From IMG/VR virus record IMGVR_UViG_3300009504_000946, positions 2,558 to 66,557 of that record: a stretch of 64,000 nt of DNA. The stretch is one strand, 5' to 3'. Position numbers and translations under genes: made by a program. Source of the DNA: a virus. Every line of letters begins with the position of its first letter. Position 1 is the first letter of the stretch. Below the pieces are notes generated by a model, which saw only the letters and a list, made by a program, of their open reading frames with translations, searched no databases and had not been told where the DNA came from. Of this stretch, positions 56,491 to 64,000 are shown in pieces.

Positions 56491-59400
56491 TTATGACATA
56501 TACGCATTGTCAAAAAAATCAGAAGCAGAATCTATAACTTTTTGAATATCAAGACCGTTGTTAATATATTTATTTCCCTTCTCTTTTAGTTCATAATATT
56601 GACTATCGGGATTCATATAATAAATACTATTAAAGACATTGAGAGATTCTTTTTCAGTTTCTGACAAATCCATCCACCAAGACATTTTATCTTCATCATC
56701 TTCAAACTCACATTCATTACCATATAAAATATCACATCTAAAGCTATTGTCTAATAAATTAAGCACTTTCTTTTTTATATCACTTCTCTTATAGAATTTT
56801 TCCCAAACTCCAAAAGCCTTTTCTCTAACATCACCATCTCTTTGTGGCATTAAACCCTTTTTTTCTTGGAAAATGTGCATCATAGCAAGCTCATAAATAA
56901 ATGGCCCAAAACCTTTTTCTGCAACAACTGCTGTAACATAATAAAAATCTTTTCCATAATAATCTCTGCTTACTATAGTTATTGTAGCATAAATACTTTT
57001 TTCTTTTGGATTATATAAGACAAAATCATAACCTTGATTTATTTCTCTAATAAATAAAGCCGTTGATTCTGGTAAATCTTTTTGTCTTAGGGCAGACTCC
57101 TCAATATTATTTTCTCTAAGTTGAGCTACCATATCATGAGCATTTCCAAAGTCTTTAACTACCTCAAATCCATATCCACTGTAAAATTTAGATAGAGCAT
57201 CAAGGCTAATTCTTGGTTCAAATCCAATTGGACTTGCTATTAGATATAAGGTTTTATAATCCCTTGACTTTACATATTTTATAACAGCATCCATCAGTTC
57301 CTTTCCAAATCCAGATTCTCTAAATTTAGAATAAACCTCAATGTGCTCAAGTTTTGCAGCAAAATCCTCTGGAAAATGCTGCTCAATATCTTCATCACTA
57401 AATTTAGCTGGGTCATTATCATCCATGTAACCAAATTCTGACTCTGGATGCATGCCCATATCTAAAATAGCATAACCCACTTCTTCTCCTTTTTTATTTT
57501 TAGCAATTATCTTAACCCTATCCCAATATCCATCATCATCTCCAACATCTTTAAGTTCAATATCTTCTTTAATAGATTTTTTATTTAAAAATGCCATTCT
57601 CATGCCATCAAACTCATCTTCATAAAAATCAAATTTTTCAAGAACACGCATCAACTTGTTATTAATAACAATAGCTGATATTTGCTCCGCTTCTGGGTCT
57701 TTATTGAATTTGTCAATTAAAGCCCTTATTAACACAGAAGAGTAACCTTTGTTTCTGTATCTCTTGTTAATTATTATGTCAAATCTATAATCCCAAGGCA
57801 AATAATCTTCTTCAAGAAGAATTGCTCCAATTAATTTATCACCATCAAATAACCCAATAGTTGCTGTTCCATAACTTGGAAATTGATTTCCTATTAATTT
57901 ATACACTTCATCATTATACGAAGAGTCTATTTCTTTTGTATAAACTTCACTATCCGATGACTCATTAATAGTATTTTTAATAAAATCTTCTGTATTATTA
58001 TGCGGATTGTCAAGGTCAAATGCGACAAGCTCACCCTTAGAATTTCTACCAAATTGAGCAGCGTGAATATCCATCCAATCATAATGTTCTCCAACATTTC
58101 TAAGAACAACTAAAACTTCTGCAAGCGTTTCTATAACTGCTTTTGGATTTGGTATTTCTTCTTTTATGTAGTCAACAAACTTCCATAGTAGTTGCATGTT
58201 TTCCTTTTCCTCAAAAAGAATTCTCAAAGCAGGAAGTCCATCATCTTTTCCTTCGCTCTTTAAAAATTCTTCAAAAGCCCATCTAACATCATCTACCTCA
58301 TTTTCAATCTTAGAACTTGTATTTACCTTTTCCATTATGAGATAGTACAATACGCCACTCTTATCAACGCCTATAGCACTGGCTCCAAAATCAACATAAT
58401 TACCTCCAAAACCTTTTTTTAAGAATTTAACTGGAACATTTATTTTTCCATGAGCATATGTCTTAGCTATTCCTGAAATATTTTTATTCATTACAGCCGT
58501 GCTGTCAAACATTTCATTTTTTGATATTTTTATTACCAGGTGACCCATTTTAAAAACCTCACCAGTTTGTCCACCCCCTATTCTATCTCCAATATCTTTT
58601 CGAAGCTTCATTGATAGCCAGTCTAAAAAACTTTCATCACCATGCTCGCTATATTCTTTTAACATAAAAGATTCACTCTGAATATCCTTTGAGAATAAGT
58701 CACTTTCTTTTTGTCTCCTGAAAACATGCCCTGGATATGTGACATTTGTTGTCAATATTCTCTCTGCAGCCTCATCATACTTTCCTTGCTTAACGAGTTG
58801 AATGAATTCTGACTTCCTGAAGTTTCCAATCCCCATATTGAATATCATAGATGTCATCGCATCATACATTGATTGACTTATCTCTACATTTATATTATTC
58901 TCTTTCCAGTCGTCAAGAATTTTATTAAGACCCCTCTCTGCTTCAGCTATGTCTGCCGCAAGTAACTCTTCAGCCTTTTCTCTTGTTATCTCCTGCCCAG
59001 GCTTAAACTTAGATTTATTAATTCTCTCCGCATGTCCCCATCCAACAGTAATCATACCATCTCCAAGTTTATATGCTTTCAGTACTGGCTCACCTTTTTC
59101 TTTTACAGAACCTTCTTCATGCTTAAGTATATCCACAAGAGATTCAGAAGATTTTCTTGGCTCAAACTTCAATACACTACTTTCAGTTTCATTAGAATTT
59201 TGTTCATGGCTTGCTATTGCCATGTTAATTTCTTTATTTATTTCAGGAGCATATTCATACACAGCGCTTTTTACAGCATTATATCCAAGAAGTCCTATGA
59301 GTGATAGAGCAACATACTTTGCAATCCTTATTTTTATAGACTTTGGTAGTGACTTTATTTTCTCTAACAATCTAATTAGGTACTCATAAGCCTGCTCATC

Positions 59401-60516
59401 AGTTCTTACATATCTTTTGGAGTCATCAATCTTACTCTTAACAAAATCCCACTCAAATGTCGGAGAAGGCTCATCACTTTCATTTAGAAAATTTTGATTA
59501 ATAAAAGCAAGTGCCTCATCTATTCTCAAATTTGATTCTGAGATAATAAAATCTTTTTTCAAAACATCTCTAATGATTCTTCTTACCTCTTGAGGATTCT
59601 CCTCCAATACACCATCAGTTTCGTTTAATTTGATGTTGTAATCATAATAATTAGAAAGCTGATTGTCATTCTCAAAATATAACACATCACCAGGTGTGAA
59701 ATTTACCATTTCCCTACCTTTTATGACGATTCCATCATATCCAAGCTTCTGCATCTCATCTTCAATTGTTGTTACTGCATTGAAATCTCTCTTATCTGGA
59801 AACTCTTTTCCCTTCTCCTTTGAATATTTATAAACAAGTGTATTATAAAACCAAATTTCCCACTCATTCAGGTTATTAAATACCTTCGGATTCTTAGGAA
59901 TTGCTCCAACAACAAAATAAACCTTCCCATATTGCTTGGCCAAATCTTTGTTTGATAAGGCTGCTGAGTAGAGTCCTCTACCAAGCATTGCTCCAGCATT
60001 ATTTTCTTGACCAACTTCTTGAACCCCTCTTATGGTTACATTCTTTCTCTTCCAAGATTTATAATCCTTATCAAAAGCCTCTTTAATACTTTCTTTCAAC
60101 ACACCCCTAACAGTCTCTCTAATTATAGAGTGAGTCTTTATAAGTTCAGCAAGTTTATCAGATGCCTCAGAATCAAACTTAATTCCGTTCATATCCATAT
60201 CTGGAGTAAAATATCTAATCGTCAACGCACCTTCTCTTGGATGTTCGTTTTTCACAAAGAAATTAAGCCAAGTCTTTGAGTTATTGTGCTCGCCATCATG
60301 GTCAAGTATTGTTCCAGAAGGAGTAATTACACCAAAATGTTCTGGTGCATCGTAATCCAAATTATAGATAACAACCATTGGATAACCCTCAAGCTTATTC
60401 AAAGCTTGAGCTAAAATTGCACAACCACCTGCACCCCAGTCGGAGCCAGCACAATTGCTGCTATCGAGAATATCAAAAGCAGCATCAGTTCTTACTATTT
60501 TCTTAAGATTTTTCAT
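56491..60516 (-). CDS. Multidomain protein: GH24 lysozyme, kinase-like and two GNAT-like domains
   Basis: LKHEEG..AYKLGDGMITVGWGH..FNMG..RRQKE; IGGGQTGEVF..VIKIS..DIHAAQFG..FDLD; YRNKGYS; FRESGFGKELM..FYSGYGF. Confidence 0.75.
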   Translation of the reverse strand: MKNLKKIVRTDAAFDILDSSNCAGSDWGAGGCAILAQALNKLEGYPMVVIYNLDYDAPEHFGVITPSGTILDHDGEHNNSKTWLNFFVKNEHPREGALTIRYFTPDMDMNGIKFDSEASDKLAELIKTHSIIRETVRGVLKESIKEAFDKDYKSWKRKNVTIRGVQEVGQENNAGAMLGRGLYSAALSNKDLAKQYGKVYFVVGAIPKNPKVFNNLNEWEIWFYNTLVYKYSKEKGKEFPDKRDFNAVTTIEDEMQKLGYDGIVIKGREMVNFTPGDVLYFENDNQLSNYYDYNIKLNETDGVLEENPQEVRRIIRDVLKKDFIISESNLRIDEALAFINQNFLNESDEPSPTFEWDFVKSKIDDSKRYVRTDEQAYEYLIRLLEKIKSLPKSIKIRIAKYVALSLIGLLGYNAVKSAVYEYAPEINKEINMAIASHEQNSNETESSVLKFEPRKSSESLVDILKHEEGSVKEKGEPVLKAYKLGDGMITVGWGHAERINKSKFKPGQEITREKAEELLAADIAEAERGLNKILDDWKENNINVEISQSMYDAMTSMIFNMGIGNFRKSEFIQLVKQGKYDEAAERILTTNVTYPGHVFRRQKESDLFSKDIQSESFMLKEYSEHGDESFLDWLSMKLRKDIGDRIGGGQTGEVFKMGHLVIKISKNEMFDSTAVMNKNISGIAKTYAHGKINVPVKFLKKGFGGNYVDFGASAIGVDKSGVLYYLIMEKVNTSSKIENEVDDVRWAFEEFLKSEGKDDGLPALRILFEEKENMQLLWKFVDYIKEEIPNPKAVIETLAEVLVVLRNVGEHYDWMDIHAAQFGRNSKGELVAFDLDNPHNNTEDFIKNTINESSDSEVYTKEIDSSYNDEVYKLIGNQFPSYGTATIGLFDGDKLIGAILLEEDYLPWDYRFDIIINKRYRNKGYSSVLIRALIDKFNKDPEAEQISAIVINNKLMRVLEKFDFYEDEFDGMRMAFLNKKSIKEDIELKDVGDDDGYWDRVKIIAKNKKGEEVGYAILDMGMHPESEFGYMDDNDPAKFSDEDIEQHFPEDFAAKLEHIEVYSKFRESGFGKELMDAVIKYVKSRDYKTLYLIASPIGFEPRISLDALSKFYSGYGFEVVKDFGNAHDMVAQLRENNIEESALRQKDLPESTALFIREINQGYDFVLYNPKEKSIYATITIVSRDYYGKDFYYVTAVVAEKGFGPFIYELAMMHIFQEKKGLMPQRDGDVREKAFGVWEKFYKRSDIKKKVLNLLDNSFRCDILYGNECEFEDDEDKMSWWMDLSETEKESLNVFNSIYYMNPDSQYYELKEKGNKYINNGLDIQKVIDSASDFFDNAYMS

Positions 60517-63071
60517 TAAAATCCCTTATTTTTTTGCTTCAAAAAATCATCATACTTTACATAGTGAATATCAGTAATCATATCTTTTGAAATTGGCTGC
60601 CTAAGAGCATACCATTTAGATTTTTCAGACCTCTCATATGGTGGCCAAAAGTATGGATGGCCTTCCCACTTAGAATTGTCAATAGGAACATCAAACTCAA
60701 AAACAACCGCATCCTCACCATCTTCAGCTGTAGCATGAAATAGTGCGCTTTCAAAATCTGTAGATACCATGTACCAGCTCGCATTTTGATAGCCCATTGA
60801 CTCAGAAGATTTCAATCCCTCATTTATAATGTTGACAGATTTTTTAATAGATGTTCCATGATATACCTTTTGTACCCTTCCCTCCCCACCTCTCTCAGAG
60901 ATGAATTCAAACAAATTATTTTTTATGTGATTTATTTTGAAGCTGTCAAGATAACCTTTCTCAATAAGGTCATCTCCCCATTTTTGAAAGATTGGTATAT
61001 GCGAATCTCTATCATCCCACATTTCTATTTCTCTAATACCTGGATTATACTGGAGAGCCATCTCCATCTTGTGCTTCTTATCAGAACTTGTTTCTCCACC
61101 ATCATTATAAAGATAGTCGTGAAACTTAAGTCCATGCATAGAAAGTATTTTTTCCACCTGTTTACTTAATTTTCCAACTCTCCCAGTCATCATAACAACA
61201 AGGTTATTAGGATTTGAGATTTCCTTCTTATAATCTGAAATTACCCCTGAATTTGTCGGCATATCAAAAACATCTGTATCAAGTGATTCTGGAGTTCCCC
61301 ACCAACCACCTGGCCATGGAGTTCCAGTTTTTCTCTCCCACTCTTGCTTGCCAGATTCTGGAGTTGGCGTGTTAACAAGTGTGCTATCAAAATCAAAAAC
61401 AGAAAGTTTTGTCATATTATCAATACCCTCAACCTCCCTACTCTCTCTAATAATTTTTCTTACAATTTTCCTAACCTCACTAAGGTCTTTCATTATAGTT
61501 ATATCAGCTGGGTCAAACACCATCCTTACTGTTGACCTTGTTGAGCCCCCTTGATAAGAGTCAAGAACGCCAATAACATCAATATAATCAAAACCAAACC
61601 AATCTCCAATTGCAGCTATATCATCAGTTCTTATGCCCTTGCTGGAGTCAGTAGCATAATTCAATTTTGCTATGATTGCATCGAGATTATCTGGGTCAAC
61701 ACCTGCATTTATAAAACCTCTTCTAACTGGCTCTATATCAATAAATCTAAACCTTTGTCCAGGAGCATTAATTATAACTCCATTTCCTGAATTTACCTTA
61801 ACTTTAAGTACTTTTTCTTCAGCATTCTGATAGTCAAATGCAGGCTTATCTGAATATGTTTTTGCAACAGAATATACATTAGTCAAGAAAATGGGCTTTC
61901 TAATTTTTGCATTTTTTCTAAGCTCACCAATCGTATCAAGTATCTTAAAATATTGATTTTCATCACCAGACTCTCTTGCGGTTTTTAGCAAATTTTGTCT
62001 TCTATTCCACTCATCAATATCCTCAACATAATCTATGTTTATATGCTTTTGTGTAAATCCACCCTCTTTCTCAATATCTCTAACATCAGGTGTTCCGTGA
62101 TACCAAACATCTTCCGAACCAAAATCTTCTGAAATCATTTCAAGTTCTTCCTTAGAATATTTTTCTGCTGCAGTCTTTAGATTTTCAATAGATTCTTGAT
62201 AGGCCTTAGCAAGTCTTCTCGTGAGCTTTTTTTTCATCTTATCACTCAAGTGTCTCCAGCCTTCAAAATTTATCTTAAAATCTTTGTAAACTTTATTCCA
62301 ATCTTCTTTTACGTCATCAAATGTTTTAAAATCCATTCCCGTCAAGACAATTTTCTGCATGGCCTGCGCATATCTTGCATTTATTTCATGAACAAGATTT
62401 AAGTAAGCCAATCTACTATTGTTGATTGCATCAATTTCTTCTGGAGTCAGTTCATCATACCCAGATTTTGTCTTCATTAACATATCAGCTTTTTCCTGGG
62501 CTGAAGTATAACTTTTCTTGAGCTGACCCCCAAACGCCTTGCCCTTACTTCTCCAAGCATCATATGCATGTTGAAGCTCATGAAGAAGGGTTGAGTAGAA
62601 CATGTAAAATAACTTGAAGTAAATATCAGTTGTTGTTACCTCTCTACCATCCTTATCAAAAATTTGATTTATCTCATCAAGGTCTTTATTTTCGTATTTA
62701 AGCCAAATTTTGTAATATTCCTCATTAAAATTATTTGGCGGACCATATTCCAACTCACCCTTTATACTTTTCCTTCCTCTTATTGGAATTGATGTGGGTG
62801 CAATTCTTATGTTTGTTGACATTACGAAGTCTTCTATTTCAGAAAAACCTTCTCCATTCATCATAAGAGTATTTGCCAGTGGAATTTTTGTGATAGGCTC
62901 TTTTTCATTGCCAGTTAGCCACATAACATGAGCTTTTTCTTTCATTATTTGCTCGGCAACCAACTTTAAGACATCATTAGTAAGTTTCTCAAGGTCTTTC
63001 TGGCCAGTTTGAGTTTCCTCAATGACCGATTCCCTTAATACATTTCTAATTATTTTTCTTAATGACTCCAT
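60516..63071 (-). CDS. Multidomain protein: HExxH peptidase-like, two ART-like and one HAD domain
   Basis: LLHELQH; WYHGT; VFDFDSTL..MTGR..WDDR; VYHGTS. Confidence 0.7.
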   Translation of the reverse strand: MESLRKIIRNVLRESVIEETQTGQKDLEKLTNDVLKLVAEQIMKEKAHVMWLTGNEKEPITKIPLANTLMMNGEGFSEIEDFVMSTNIRIAPTSIPIRGRKSIKGELEYGPPNNFNEEYYKIWLKYENKDLDEINQIFDKDGREVTTTDIYFKLFYMFYSTLLHELQHAYDAWRSKGKAFGGQLKKSYTSAQEKADMLMKTKSGYDELTPEEIDAINNSRLAYLNLVHEINARYAQAMQKIVLTGMDFKTFDDVKEDWNKVYKDFKINFEGWRHLSDKMKKKLTRRLAKAYQESIENLKTAAEKYSKEELEMISEDFGSEDVWYHGTPDVRDIEKEGGFTQKHINIDYVEDIDEWNRRQNLLKTARESGDENQYFKILDTIGELRKNAKIRKPIFLTNVYSVAKTYSDKPAFDYQNAEEKVLKVKVNSGNGVIINAPGQRFRFIDIEPVRRGFINAGVDPDNLDAIIAKLNYATDSSKGIRTDDIAAIGDWFGFDYIDVIGVLDSYQGGSTRSTVRMVFDPADITIMKDLSEVRKIVRKIIRESREVEGIDNMTKLSVFDFDSTLVNTPTPESGKQEWERKTGTPWPGGWWGTPESLDTDVFDMPTNSGVISDYKKEISNPNNLVVMMTGRVGKLSKQVEKILSMHGLKFHDYLYNDGGETSSDKKHKMEMALQYNPGIREIEMWDDRDSHIPIFQKWGDDLIEKGYLDSFKINHIKNNLFEFISERGGEGRVQKVYHGTSIKKSVNIINEGLKSSESMGYQNASWYMVSTDFESALFHATAEDGEDAVVFEFDVPIDNSKWEGHPYFWPPYERSEKSKWYALRQPISKDMITDIHYVKYDDFLKQKNKGF

Positions 63072-63088
63072 TAATAATAAATATTAAC

Positions 63089-63118
63089 AAAAAAGGTGAC
63101 TTCAAAAGAAAGTCACCC
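63089..63118 (-). terminator. Intrinsic terminator
   Basis: GGTGACTT-loop-AAGTCACC plus T run. Confidence 0.7.
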
Positions 63119-63291
63119 TCAAGATAAATATAATTACGTTACCTTACTTTTTCTATAATTATTATAGCTTATGGATTGAACTTTTCTCTATTAACTGTAG
63201 CTTTAGGAGCATTCGCTCTAACTCTATTTAGATAATCAACTATCTCATTAGGATTTAAACACCTCTTACCTACATCACTGAAGTCTCCCTC

Positions 63292-64000
63292 TCAATGATT
63301 TTCATTGATTTGAAGAGATTCACTAATAACTTGTCTAACTATTTTTCTTAAACTTTCACTCATTTTTTCAGTTTTTTCATTATCTAAATATTTTTTCAAA
63401 CTTTCAATATTATTCACAGAAATAATTTTATCAAATCCTTCATATTGAGATACTGGTTCATAAGAAGAAAATAGTCTATCAAAAACGTAGTCATACATAG
63501 TTTTGTGTATACCTTTCTTCTTTAATTCCACTTCTCTCTTCTTGGAAACTCTTTTTATTAACTCCTCATATCCCTTAAACTCAAATTCAACTGCTATCTT
63601 AATATAATCATCTTCATTACCTTGAATTGCCTTAAGAGCATTTTTTCTCTGAAAACTATTCATATTGGTCATATCAATAACAATATCTTTTCCACTTGGA
63701 TGAGCTCCAGATATTTTTTCAACCATGTTTTTATAGACCTCATCATTAGCTTTAAAAACTTTGCTGTAAATTTTATCTGAAATCCTATAGCCTTGTGGAG
63801 CATTTAGTACTTCTCCATATTTTTCGCTGTAGTCACCAATATTAGCATTTTTCAATGGCTGCTCAAACATGTCATCGTAGGACCACCCGAAAGAATTAGC
63901 CACATCAGTAACTACATCATCTCTACTTATAATATATGCTTCTGGAAAATTATTTTTAATCCACGTAGATTTGCCTACAGAAGGTGGTCCGACTAAAACA
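63292..64000 (-). CDS. P-loop kinase-like protein, 5' end outside the window
   Basis: Frame stays open to the window edge and reads VLVGPPSVGKSTWIK; C-terminal ESLRKIVRQVISES linker. Confidence 0.7.
   Translation of the reverse strand, partial: VLVGPPSVGKSTWIKNNFPEAYIISRDDVVTDVANSFGWSYDDMFEQPLKNANIGDYSEKYGEVLNAPQGYRISDKIYSKVFKANDEVYKNMVEKISGAHPSGKDIVIDMTNMNSFQRKNALKAIQGNEDDYIKIAVEFEFKGYEELIKRVSKKREVELKKKGIHKTMYDYVFDRLFSSYEPVSQYEGFDKIISVNNIESLKKYLDNEKTEKMSESLRKIVRQVISESLQINENH

Noticed and set aside
59-62402. Numerous plus-strand and nested minus-strand ORFs in the track
   Set aside because: They are antisense or alternate-frame shadows of clear minus-strand genes, with no recognisable motifs
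1-64000. Genome-wide stop-codon reassignment (TAG=Gln or TGA=Trp)
   Set aside because: Genes are full length under code 11, all three stops end genes, and no CTA/TCA suppressor tRNA was found; the Gln tRNAs read TTG

Overview
This is a gene-dense, AT-rich segment with essentially all real genes on the minus strand and no rRNA or ribosomal-protein operons. It is best read as part of a jumbo/huge phage genome with a Bacteroidota host, an inference from TTG-N20-TAnnTTTG promoters, the lack of SD motifs and Bacteroidota-like ClpP/AsnRS/GluRS. The window is dominated by translation upkeep. It encodes five aminoacyl-tRNA synthetases (Arg, Glu, Asn, Leu, Met; two minimised), 19 tRNA or tRNA-like genes, a compact RNase P RNA and Pth2. 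RNA repair genes include Pnkp-Hen1, an RlaP-like nucleotidyltransferase, KptA, a Macro domain and a 2H phosphoesterase. It also has a TerY-P kinase/phosphatase/vWA triad, metabolic genes and large multidomain proteins at the right end. The most striking observation is two homologous leader-peptide attenuators, missed by the ORF track, whose sensor codons match the anticodons of the tRNA arrays directly downstream. Six Gln codons precede four tRNA-Gln genes; Leu/Val/Phe/Arg codons precede Leu/Val/Phe/Arg tRNAs plus LeuRS. This suggests a ribosome-stalling sensor that switches on backup tRNAs when the matching tRNAs are depleted. Other highlights are an in-frame ACG-TAA-ACT insertion in gltX with a GC-rich hairpin just upstream (candidate programmed stop-hop), 11 copies of an ECF-type TGAAAC-N16-CGTA promoter, and Y-RNA-like and tRNA-hybrid elements. 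All calls come from reading motifs by eye; no database searches were run.
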